A DNA stretch of 64,000 bases from Leucoraja erinacea. Its lineage: Eukaryota. The notes under the pieces were generated by a model, which was given only the letters and a program-made list of their open reading frames with translations, was not told the origin of the DNA and did no database searches. Of the stretch, positions 12,774 to 24,239 are shown piece after piece (the first letter of the stretch is position 1; the number at the start of each line of letters is the position of its first letter). The translations under genes were made by a program, and so were the position numbers. The stretch spans positions 62,001-126,000 of the forward strand of contig NW_026575913.1 of the NCBI RefSeq assembly GCF_028641065.1. Direction: 5' to 3'.

Positions 12774-12781
12774 TATATAAA
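12774..12781 (+). promoter_or_regulatory. Candidate TATA box of GPCR-2
   Basis: TATATAAA ~65 bp upstream of the exon 1 ATG at 12844. Confidence 0.4.
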
Positions 12782-12843
12782 TGGTGTTCATTGCAAAGAT
12801 CTCATCATATGTCATCATATCGTAAAGTTCAGCCCTAATCGAA

Positions 12844-12913
12844 ATGGAGCTACCTATAATCCCACAGATTGAAGATATTTACTATCCCATTCTCGCACTG
12901 ATTGGCATTCCAG
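12844..12913 (+). CDS. GPCR-2 exon 1 (MELPIIPQIEDIYYPILALIGIP)
   Basis: ATG at 12844, 23 codons plus G, then donor gtgagt at 12914. It is collinear with GPCR-1 exon 1 and absent from the ORF track because it is short. Confidence 0.9.
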
Positions 12914-13446
12914 GTGAGTTAGAAACTGATATTCGTTGATTTCGTCCTTTTACCAAAGAGAATGCAAATGGAAACAAGGAACTTGCCATCTAGGAGCTAA
13001 CAATCTCGCGAGGTTTGCGATGCGAGTGGAACGATCAGAAATATTGAAATCCTGGAATGATCGATTTGAAGTGCAGGAAGGAAATGCAGTTGTTGAAACC
13101 GAAGATAGACACAACAAGCTGGTGTTATTCCGCGAATTAGATGTTGCCTGACTCGCTTAGTTACTCCAGCTTGTGTCTATGATAGCTTTGAAGTTTCATT
13201 GTAAAATACGTTTCAAGTATGCACGAAGAAGAAATATGATTTCCTCTATGAGAATGTTTTATAAGATGCTTTTCTTATTAAATCGCTCCAGCACCGGAAC
13301 GATGAGATGCAGGCAAAACGGATATACAAATATTGGCGATTTGTATTTATTAAGAAAAATTAGGTTAGTGCAGAAAACAAGAATAAAATTCAGGCATGAT
13401 CATTGAAAAACGTGTCAGGTGCAAGTGACAACATGGTGAACGCTGT

Positions 13447-14262
13447 TTTTATTCACAAAGTCATAAGGTTATGGATGATTGAAGTAGAATTAGTCCATTC
13501 GGCCCATCAATCCATTCAGCCATTCAATTATGTCTGATCCATCTCTCCCTCCTACCCCATTCGCCTGCCTTCTCCCTATAACCTCTGCAACGTGTACTAA
13601 TCATATATCTATATACAGTATCTCTGCCTTAAAAATGTCCACTGACTTGGCCTCTCCAGCCTTCTGTGGCACATATTCCACAGATTTACCACCCTCTGAC
13701 AAAATGCATTTCTCATTACCTTCATAAAAGAACGTCATTCAATTCTGGGGCTATAACCTCTAGTCCCAGGGTCTCCCACTCGTGGAAACATCCTCTATAT
13801 CCAAGCCTTTCACTATTATGTATGTTTCAATTAAGCTCCCCTCATTCTTCTAAACTCCAGCGAGTACAGGCCCAGTGTTGTCAAACGCTCCTCATTGGTG
13901 AACCTGCTCATTCCTGGGTTCCTTCTCGTAAACCTCCTCTGGAGCCACTCCTGAGCCAGCACATCCTTCCTCAAATATGGTGCCCAAAATTGCTCACAAT
14001 ATTCCAAATGCGACCTCATCAGTGCCCTATAGGGCCTCAGCATTACATCCCTGTTTGTGTATACAAGTCCTCTTGAAATAAATGATAACATTGAACATGC
14101 TTTCTTTACTACCGATTCGACTTGCAGATTAACCTTTTGGGAATCCTGCAACAACACTCTCGTGTCCCTTTGCACCTCTGATTATTGGATCTCCCCCTTT
14201 CAGACAATAGTCTATGTCTTTATTCCTACTACCAAAAAACACGAAGCGACACTTTGTTACAC
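13447..14262 (-). mobile_element. CR1 fragment (CTATGTTT-like family) in the GPCR-2 intron
   Basis: ORF 13831-14175 gives RSHLEYCEQFWAPYLRKDV and LGLYSLEFRRMRG. Confidence 0.85.
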
Positions 14263-14314
14263 TTTTTGGCATGTGCTACTTTTCTGCCCACTCTCGCAAC
14301 CAAGTACGGACACT

Positions 14315-15921
14315 TTTGAAAATGGATAAGTCTCCAGGTCCTGACAGGATATTCCAAAGGACATTGAGGGAAGTTAGTGTGGAAATAGCAGGGGCTATGA
14401 CATAAATATTTCAAATGTCATTAGAAACGGGAATAGTGCCGGAGGATTGGCGTACTGCGCATGTTGTTCCATTGTGTAAAAAAGGGTTCTAAGTGTAAAC
14501 CTAGCAATTATAGACCTGTTAGTTTGACGTCCATGGTGGGCAAATTAATGGAAGGATACTTAGAGATAATATATAAAAGCACCTGGATAAACAGGGTCTG
14601 ATTGGGAACAGGCAACATGGATTTGTGCCTGGAAGGTCATGTTTGACTAATCTTCTTGAATTTTTTGAAGAGGTTACTCGGGAAATTGATGAGCGTAAAG
14701 TGGTGGATGTTGTGTATATGGACTTCAGTAAGGCCTTTGACAAGGTTCCTCATGGAAGGTTGGTTAAGAAGGTTCAATTGTTGCATATTAATGGTGGACT
14801 AGCAAGATGGATTCAACAGTGTCTGAATGGGAGATGCCACAGAGTAATGGTGGATGGCTGTTTGTCAGGTTGGAGGCCGGTGACTATTGGGGTGCCTTAG
14901 TGATCTGTGTTGGGTCCACTGTTGTTTGTCATGTACATGAATGATCTGGATGATGGTGTGGTAAATTGGATTAGTAAGTATGCAGATGAGACCAAGATAG
15001 GTGGGGTTGTGGATAATTGTTGTGGTTGTTGAAGTAGATTTTCAAAGTCTACAGAGAGGTTTAGGCCATTTGGAAGAGTGGGCTGAAAGATGGCAGATGG
15101 AGTTTAATGCTGATAAGTGTGAGGTGCTACATCTTGGCAGGGCAAATCAAAATAGGACTTACATGGTAAATGGTAGGGAATTGAAGAATGCAGTTGAACA
15201 GAGGGATCTAGGAATAACTGTGCATAGTTCCCTGAAGGTGGAATCTCGTGTAGATAGGGTGGTAAAGAAAGCTTGTGGTGTGCTGGCCTTTATAAATCAG
15301 AGCATTGAGTATAGAAGTTGAGATTTAATGTTAAAATTGTACAAGGCATTGGTGAGGCCTATTCTGGAGTATGGTGTACAATTTTGGTCGCCTAATTATA
15401 GGAAGGATGTTAACAAAATAGAATGAGTACAGAGGAGATTTACTAGAATGTTGCCTGGGTTTCAGCAACTTACAGAGAAAGATTGAACAAGTTAGGTCTT
15501 TATTCTTTAGAGCGCAGAAGGTTAAGGGGGGACTTGATAGAGGTCTTTAAAATGATGAGAGGGGTAGACAGAGTTGACGTTGATTAGCTTTTCCCATTGA
15601 CAGTACGGAAGATTCAAACAAGAGGACATGATCTGAGATTTAAGGGACATAAGTTTAGGGGTAACATGGGGGGGACGGACGTTTACTCAGAGAGTGGTAG
15701 CTGTGTGGAATGAGCTTCCAGTGGAAGTGGTGGAGGCAGGTTCGATTTTATTATTGATAAATAAATTGGATAGGTATATGGACGGGAAAGGACTGGAGGG
15801 TTATAGTCTGAGTGCAGGTAGATGGGACTAGGGGAACATAAGTGTTCGGCACGGACTTGAAGGGCCGAGATGGCCTGTTTCCGTGCTGTAATTTTTACAT
15901 GGTTATCTGGTTATATGGTTA
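14315..15921 (+). mobile_element. CR1 RT fragment with stops (ATATGGTT family) in the GPCR-2 intron
   Basis: GRSCLTNLLEFFEEVT, YMDFSKAFDKVPH, YAD, and a ggttatatggtt tail. Confidence 0.9.
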
Positions 15922-16593
15922 TCGGTCGGGCCGCTTCTTAAATCCGGAGAAGGGTTCTGACCCTCCGGTAATGTCGCAAATCCACAGCGGGCCGGGCCAG
16001 GCAGCAGCTCTCGAGAGAAGGAATAGGTGATGTTTTGGGTCGAGACCCTTCTTATCCTTTTCTCCAAAGATGCTGTCTGTTCCGCTGAGTTACTCCGGCT
16101 TTTTCTCTCTCCTCGTGGGTTTAAACCAGCATCTACAGTTCCTTCCCACACGCTTCAACACTACAGGAGAGCCCGGTGTGGGGACTCGACCCAGTCGAGG
16201 GACGGCCGCTTCTTGCTCAGGCTTCAGGAAGCCGGTACAATGTAGAGGTACAGGGCTGCCATGGTCCTTGGAGCTCTCGGGAATGCCATGGGCTATTATA
16301 ACGTTACGGGTCACGGGTGCAACAAAGCTGGATTCAAGCTGACCGAGTCTGATTTATCAGCAGATGGTTTTAAAACCATTTCAGTGGAGGGCTCCATTCG
16401 CTCATGCACATGGCGACCGCCGAAGCTTTGGTTAGTGGTGAGTTTTCTATTCTCGAATCCTATTCTTTATTGTTTATGTATGACTCCAGTTTGTCCCATG
16501 GTATTGTTATCCATCTTACACTCTGCCCGCCCACCAACACGCTTCATTCACACGAATACATGACACACGTAATCCTCGCATGTTGTGAACTTA

Positions 16594-16918
16594 ATGCTGC
16601 CTGCCCGCTGAGTTAAAGAGTTCCCACGGCAGATTCACGATACACTAAGTTAAACGTACGGGCCACTACGTTCTTACAACGAGTTAAAATGTTTCAATTC
16701 TTAACCACAAGAGTAAATTTGACGTGGAAAACTTTAAATATGTTTGATTTTTTTCAAGAGTTGACAAGTTTCGCGGGTACCTGCCGTTAGCGCCACGAGT
16801 CTCTAAGTTGCGTCCACGAATTCCGACTTACAGCTACGTTAATCGTACGTTATTACCACGAGTTTTAACTCGGGGTACCTCGTGTGTCAACTCGCACCGT
16901 AGGTAAGACAGGGGTTTT
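16594..16918. mobile_element. Degenerate PIF/Harbinger-like MITE
   Basis: The right end taagacaggggtttta resembles the TIR of the intact MITE at 40522-40747. The left end is degenerate. Confidence 0.35.
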
Positions 16919-17030
16919 ATTTACTCCAACGCGCTGTGTTTTATTTATGAAAGATTTGGAGTTAATCGCCAAGTGACGATTTGTCCAAAGCGGTTAATCT
17001 TTGTGACTGCGCATCTTTTTATTGTTGCAG

Positions 17031-17956
17031 GTAATCTTATGGCGATTCTGGTTCTATCTCGTGGGAACTGTGGTCTTTCCAAATGCATCACACGTTACAT
17101 GGTGGCCATGGCAGTTGCAGACCTACTGGTGATAATATTTGATGTGGTATTATATGAGATTAATGACATGTATTTTCCGCTTTCCTTCTTGCATTATACT
17201 CCCGTTTGCAGCCTCATCATTGCCCTGGTGTTCGCAGCCATTGATTATTCGGTCTGGCTAACCGTTGCCTTCACATTTGACCGATACATCGCCATTTGTT
17301 GTCAGAAGCTGAGATTAAAATATTGCACCGAAAGAACTGCCGTCACAGTTATTGTGGCAGTTGGTGGATTAAGCTTTGTAGAAAATATCCCAATTTATTT
17401 TGAAAACGAGCACCTGGAGATCATTGACAACGTGCCATGGTTCCGCAAAGTGAAGTCAAGCCTCTCCAGTTTACCAATATGGGTTGCATACTTCTTCGAC
17501 GACATTAACTTAACACAGTTTGCACCTTTCCTTTTGATTGTGCTGCTTAATGCCCTGATTTTACACGCAAATCGGATAAGGAAGGGACTCCGGGTGGACG
17601 GGAAAAGCGATGATTGCACTGGTCCGGAGATAGTAAACCGCAGAAAATCGATCATTTTACGGCTCTCCATCTCAAGCTGTTTTATAATGCTATGGATGGT
17701 AACCTTTGTACATTACATATGCACACAATTTGCAGGCGTTGAGTTCATGCTCACAGATTACAACGATCCTTTCGCCATAATGGAGCACACTGGGTATATG
17801 CTGCAGTGCCTGAGTTCGTTCACCAACACATTTATTTATGCAGTGGCTCAGGCAAAGTTCAGAGAATCATTGACGAATACGCTGAAATATCCTTTTACTT
17901 TATTGAATAAATTAGTTCTAACCTCGGACCAGAGCTCACGTAGCGTTTTTAAATAA
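17031..17956 (+). CDS. GPCR-2 exon 2, class A 7TM receptor, GPR139-like family (possibly decaying)
   Basis: Acceptor ttgttgcag|GT AAT CTT ATG gives IGIP-G-NLMAIL. It contains MAVADL, TFDRYIAI, NRRKSIIL and TNTFIY; the spliced product is 331 aa. AATAAA lies at 17991. Confidence 0.88.
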
Positions 17957-18124
17957 TCCATTATCAAAATCAAATTACCTGTTGTCCCATAATAAAAAAA
18001 TGTTTCAACGTAGATGGCATGCCGTTTGTGTTTGGAACATGAGCAACTCCACGAAAGCATCTCTGAAGTATTTATCAACTAACTTGAAATAGCCAAGACA
18101 CGTAAAACAACCAATCTTCATAAG

Positions 18125-18455
18125 TTCATAAAATGACAAATTGCAAAGACACGATTAGGCCCTTCTGCCCATCATGACTACGCTCCCGTTCAATTATGAC
18201 AGATCCATCTATCATTCTTTACCCCCATTCTCCTGCCTTCTCCCCTTAATCACTGACACCCGTACTAATCAAGAATCTATCCATCTACACCTGAAAAAAT
18301 ATCAATCGGCTTGGCCTCCACAGCCTTCTGTGGCAACTAATTCCACATAATCACCACCCTCCAACTGGCCTGAGGTTGTGGCCTCTGGTCCTAGACTTTC
18401 CTAATAGTGGAAACATTTCTTCCACATACATTCTATCCAGGCCTTTCATTATTCA
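18125..18455 (-). mobile_element. CR1 3' tail fragment
   Basis: Reverse complement of the CR1 3' end (ggcctcaaccacagccttctgtgg-like, cccattctcctgccttctcccc). Confidence 0.7.
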
Positions 18456-19260
18456 ATATGTCTTGCAAATGGAGACACGATGTGGCATTAGCTTGAATCT
18501 TGAGCAAAAAAAAAACACATTTCTGAAGGAAGCCAAGGGGAAACATTATCTGTCCCTCCCCACCACAGATGCTGCCTGATCCACAGAGATCCTCCGATAG
18601 ATTGTTCTTTGTTCATATCTTGTAATTCTATTCGTCATTTTCATTGCGACGTCTCCATGGAACAGCTTTAAATATTCTCCATTACTATCCGTATTTCTTT
18701 GTGATGTCACAAAATCGAAATTTTCTCATCCCGAAGTATCACAGAAACTCACTAAAACGCACAAAACTTCTCACCACACAGCTCCCTCTCAGTCCCATTA
18801 TGAATTCATGCAGCGCATTCCTATATCCGCTTCATGCAACCGCGGGAAAATCATCTTTAATAGAAGCCTTTTATGCACCGTTGCAAATGGCCGAGCGTCT
18901 ACGTTAGGCAATGTACACTTGTACATGTATTTCATCTGCACAGCGGTAAGCGCAGCGTCAGAACGCTGTAACACTATATTCTGCACGCTGATTTTAAAAA
19001 AAATCTTTACATTACTTATGTATGGCTTAATTTTATTCATGTATTGTATGATTTAGCTGAATACCACGTAAAGGGGTTTTCACTGTATCTCGTTACCCGT
19101 GTCAATAATAAACCAATACGTTGTATCTATCGATTGCAGCACACCTAGTGTTTATTTTAAGCAGGTAACAAAGTTTTATTAAATGGTCCTTTTTGCCTTT
19201 GACTTCGTAGTGAAGAGCCATCCTTTTTTTCCACCGCTGAAGACCTCTATGCACTAGTAC

Positions 19261-20008
19261 AATAACCATATAACCATATAACCATATAACAATTAGAGCA
19301 CGGAAACAGACCATCTCGGCCCTACAATTCCGTGCGGAACAATTATTTTCCTCTAGTCTCATCTACCTGCACTCAGACCATAACCCTCCATTCCTTTCCC
19401 ATCCATATACCTATCCAATTTATTTTTAAATGATAAAATCGAATCTGCCTCCACCACTTCCACTGGAAGCTCATTCCACACAGCTACCACTCTCAGAGTA
19501 AAGAAGTTCCTCCTCATGTTACCCCTAAACTTTTGTCCCTTTATTCTGAAGTCATGTCCTCTTGTTTGAATCTTCCCTACTCTCAATGGGAAAAGCTTGT
19601 CCACGTCAACTCTGTCTATCCCTCTCATCATTTTAAAGACCTCTATCAGGTCCCCCCTTAACCTTCTGCACTCCAGAGAATAAAGACCTAACTTATTCAA
19701 CCTTTCTCTGTAACTTAGTTGCTGAAACCCAGGCAACATTCTAGTAAATCTCCTCTGTACTCTCTCTCTCTTTTGTTGACATCCTTCCTATAATTGGGCG
19801 ACCAAAATTGTACATCATACTCCAGAATTGGTCTCACCAATGCCTTGTACAATTTTAACATTACATGCCAACTTCTATACTCAATGCTCTGATTTATAAA
19901 GGCTAGCATACCAAAAGCTTTCTTTACCACCCTATCTACATGAGATTCCACCTTCAGGGAACTATGCACAGTTATTCCTACATCCCTCTGTTCAACTGCA
20001 TTCCTCAA
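19261..20008 (-). mobile_element. CR1 3' fragment (copy 1 of tandem array)
   Basis: ORFs 19359-19739 and 19715-20008 encode the RT C-terminus; (aaccatat)n tail at 19261. Confidence 0.92.
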
Positions 20009-20010
20009 TT

Positions 20011-23000
20011 AACCATATAATATAACCATATAACAATTACAGCACGGAAACAGGCCATCTCGACCCTTCTAGTCCGTGCCGAACACATAATCTCCCCTAG
20101 TCCCATATACCTGCGCTCAGACCATAACCCTCCATTCCCTTCCCATCCATATGACTATCCAATTTATTTTTAAATGATAAAAACGAACCTGCCTCCACCA
20201 CCTTCACTGGAAGCTCATTCCACACAGCTACCACTCTCTGAGTAAAGAAGTTCCCCCTCATGTTACCCCTAAACTTCAGTCCCTTAATTCTCAAGTCATG
20301 TCCCCTTGTTTGAATCTTCCTACTCTCAGTGGGAAAAGCTTTTCCACGTCAACTCTGTCTATCCCTCTCATCATTTTAAAAAGTCCCCCCTTAACCTTCT
20401 GCGCTCCAAAGAATAAAGCCCTAACTTGTTCAACCTTTCTCTGTAACTTAGATGCTGAAACCCAGGCAACATTCTAGTAAATCTCCTCTGTACTCTCTCT
20501 ATTTTGTTGACATCCTTCCTATAATTAGGCAACCAAAATTGTACACCATACTCCAGAATTGGCCTCACCAATGCCTTGTACAATTTCAACATTACATCCC
20601 AACTTCTATACTCAATGCTCTGATTTATAAAGGCCAGCACACCAAAAGCTTTCTTTACCACCCTATCTACATGAGATTCCACTTTCAGGGAACTGTGCAC
20701 AGTTATTCCCAGATCCCTCTGTTCACCTACATTCTTCAATTCCCTACCATTTACCATGTACGTCCTATTTTGATTTGTCCTGCCAAGATGTAGCACCTCA
20801 CACTTATCAGCATTAAACTCCATCTGCCATCTTTCAGCCCACTCTTCCAACTGGCATAAATCTCTCTGTAGACTTTGAAACTCTACTTCATTACCCGCAA
20901 CCCCACCTATCTTAGTATCATCTGCATACTTACTAATCCAATTTACCACACCATCATCCAGATCATTGATGTACATGGCAAACAACAGTGGACCCAACAC
21001 AGATCCCTGTGGCACCTCACTCGTCACTGGCCTCCAACCTGACAAACAACCATCCACCATTACTCTCTGGCATCTCCCATTCAGCCACTGTTGAATCCAT
21101 CTTGCTACTCCACCATTAATACCCAACCATTGATCCTTCTTAACCAACCTTCCATGAGGAACCTTGTCAAAGGCCTTACTGAAGTCCATATACACAACAT
21201 CCACTGCTTTACCCTCATCAATTTCCCGAGTAACATCTTCAAAAAATTCAAGAAGATTAGTCAAACATGACCTTCCAGGCACAAATCCATGTTGACTGTT
21301 CCTAATCAGACCCTGTTTATCCAGATGCTTATATATATTATCTCTAAGTATTCTTTCCATTAATTTGCCCACCACTGACGTCAAACTAACAGGTCTATAA
21401 TTGCTAGGTTTACTCTCAGACCCCTTTTTAAACAATGGAACGACATGCGCAGTACGCCAATCCTCCGGCACTATTCCCGTTTCTAATGACATTTGAAATA
21501 TTTCTGTCATAGCCCCTGCTATTTCTACACTAACTTCCCTCAATGTCCTAGGGAATATCCTGTCCAGACCTGGAGACTTATCCACTTTTATATTTCTCAA
21601 AAGTGTCAGTATTTCCTCTTCTTTGATCCTCATAGTTTCCATAGCTACTCTACTTGTTTCCCTTACCTCACATAATTCAATATCCTTCTCCTTGGTGAAT
21701 ACCGAAGAAAAGAAACTGTTCAATATCTCCCCCATCTCTTTTGGCTCTGCAGACAGTTGTCCACTCTGACTCTCTAATGGACCAATTTTATCCCTCGTTA
21801 TCCTTTTTCTATTAATATAGCGGTAGAAACCCTTCGGATTTACTTTTACCTTACTTGCCAAAGCAACCTCATATCTTCTTTTAGCTTTTCCAATTTCTTT
21901 CTTAAGATTCTTTTTACATTCTTTATACTCATCAAGCACCTCATTTACTCTTTTTCACCCTCTTTTTCCGAACCAAGTGTCCAATTTCCCTTGAAAACCA
22001 TGGCTCTTTACAATTTTTACGATTTCCTTTCAACCGAACAGGGACATAAAGATTCTGTACTCTTAAAATTTCACCTTTAAATGTACTCCATTTCTCTTCC
22101 ACATCTTTCCCATAAAACAAACTGTCCCAATTTACTCCTTTTAAATCCTTTCGCATCTCCTCAAAGTTAGCCTTTCTCCAATCAAAAATCTCAACCCTAG
22201 GTCCAGTTTTGTCCCTCTCCATAATTATATTGAAACTAATGGTATTGTGATCACTGGACCCGAACTGTTCCCCAACGCATACCTCTGCCACCTGACCCAT
22301 CTCATTTCCTAACAGGAGGTCCAGTACTGCCCGTTCTCTAGTAGGTACTTCTATGTATTGTTGCAAAAAACTATCCTGCACACATTTTACAAACTCCAAA
22401 CCATCCAGCCCATTTACAGAATGTGTTTCCCAGTCTATGTGTGGAAAATTGAAATCTCCCACAATCACTACCTTGTGCTTACTACTAATATCTGCAATCT
22501 CCTTACATATTTGCTCTTCCAATTCTCGCTCCCCATTTAGCGGTCTATAAACACACCCCTATAAGTGTTGCTGCCCCTTTCCCATTTCTCAGTTCCACTC
22601 AAATAGCCTCCCTAGACGAGCCCTCTAATCTATCCTGTCAAAGCACTGCAGTAATATTTTCCCTGATAAGCAATGCAACACCTCCACCTCTTTCCCCTCC
22701 AATTCTATCACACCTGAAGCAACGAAATCCTGGAATATTTAGTTTCCAATCACAGCCGTCCTGCAACCATGTTTCACTGATCGCCACAACATCATGCTTC
22801 CAGGTGTCAATCCAGGCTCTAAGTTCATCCACTTTTCTTACAATGCTCCTAGCATTAAAATATACTCATGTAAGAAACCCACCCTCTTTTATTCTCTGAT
22901 TATTTTCTTTTTCTTCTCTCTCCCCTACATTTTGGGTCAGAGTGCTACCATTCTCTGCCCCCTGCTTCACACACTGACTGCTAGCTTTCCCAATTTGAAT

Positions 23001-24235
23001 CCTCCCCCCAACCATACTAGTTTAAATTCTCCCCAGTAGCCTTTGCAAATCTCCCCGCCAGGATATTGGTCCCCCTCGGGTTCAAGTGCAACCCGTCCTT
23101 TCTGTACAGGTCGCACCTTCCCCAAAAGAGGTCCTAATGATCCAGAAACTTGAATCCATACCCACTGCACCAGTCCCTCATCCACACATTTATCCTCCAC
23201 CTCGCTCCATTCCTACTCTCACTGTCGCGTGACACAGGCAGTAATCCTGAGATTGTTACCTTTCCAGTCCTTCTCCTTAACTCTCTACCTAACTCCCTAA
23301 ATTCTTCTTTCAGGACCTCTTCTCTTTTTTTACCTATGTCGTTGGTACCTATATGCACCACAACCTCAGGCTCCTCTCCCTCCCATTTCAGGATTTCTTG
23401 GACAAGTTCAGACACATCCCTGACCCTGGCACCAGGGAGGCAAACTACCATCCGGGACTCCTGTCTGCGTCCACAGAATCGCCTATTCGACCCCCTGACT
23501 ATAGAGTCCCCTATTACAATTGCCCTCCTCTTCTTTTCATTACCCTTCTGAGCAACCGGACCGGTCTTTGTGCCAGAGGCCTGGCCGCTGTCGCTGCCCC
23601 CAGGTAGGCTGTCCCCCCCACCCTTACTCAAGCATGAGTACTTATTTTCAAGGTGTACAGCCACCGGGGTACTCACCAGTCCCTGCCTCTGCCCGTTGCC
23701 CTTCCTAACTGTGACCCAGTTTTCTGTCTCCCGTGGTCTTGGTGTGACCACCTCCCTGTAACTCCTTTCTATGACCACCTCGCTCTCCCTGAGCAGACAG
23801 AGGTCATCGAGTTGCTGTTCCAGGTTCCTGACACGGTCCCTTAGGAGCCCCATCTCGACGCACCTTGCGCAGATGTGGACGTATGGAGGGCACTCAGACT
23901 CTATGACCTCCCACATCTGACATCCAGAACAGTAAACTGCCCTGGCCTTCATTGCCCCCCTTATCCAAATACAATTACAATACAAATACAATACAAGCCA
24001 ATCAGCTGCTTCCGCTGGTCCTCTTCCACCAATCAGAGGCTTCCACCAGAATCAGAATCCTTCTCTGGAAGTGAGATGGAACGTTGCAGATTTGGGTAAC
24101 TCACAGCTCCAGGTAAGTCCTCCTCTCACCAACGGCTCCCCGGGCCTCTGTAGAAGCAAACCCCGCGCTGTTTTTATACTCACAGCTCCAGGTAAGTCCT
24201 CCTCTCGCTACCATTTACTACCATTTACTCCTCTC
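20011..24235 (-). mobile_element. Near full-length CR1 LINE: ORF1 (zinc finger plus SGNH esterase), APE endonuclease, RT; frameshifted
   Basis: ORF 23134-23991 has CxxC..CxxC, GDSIVRG, CLPGA and VHIGTND. ORFs 21941-22832 have AISETW, VGDFNFPHIDW and SDH. ORF 20371-21939 is a 522-aa RT with YADD. 5' UTR subrepeats lie at ~24100-24210. Confidence 0.95.
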
Positions 24236-24239
24236 GCTA

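Noticed and set aside
16403-16445. ATG...GTTAGTG|gtgagt as a possible GPCR-2 first exon
   Set aside because: It has no similarity to the family exon 1 (IYYPILA motif), and a much better exon exists at 12844.
16973-17030. ORF-track N-terminus MTICPKRLIFVTAHLFIVAG for GPCR-2
   Set aside because: It is intronic read-through containing the polypyrimidine tract and acceptor. The true N-terminus is exon 1 at 12844-12913.
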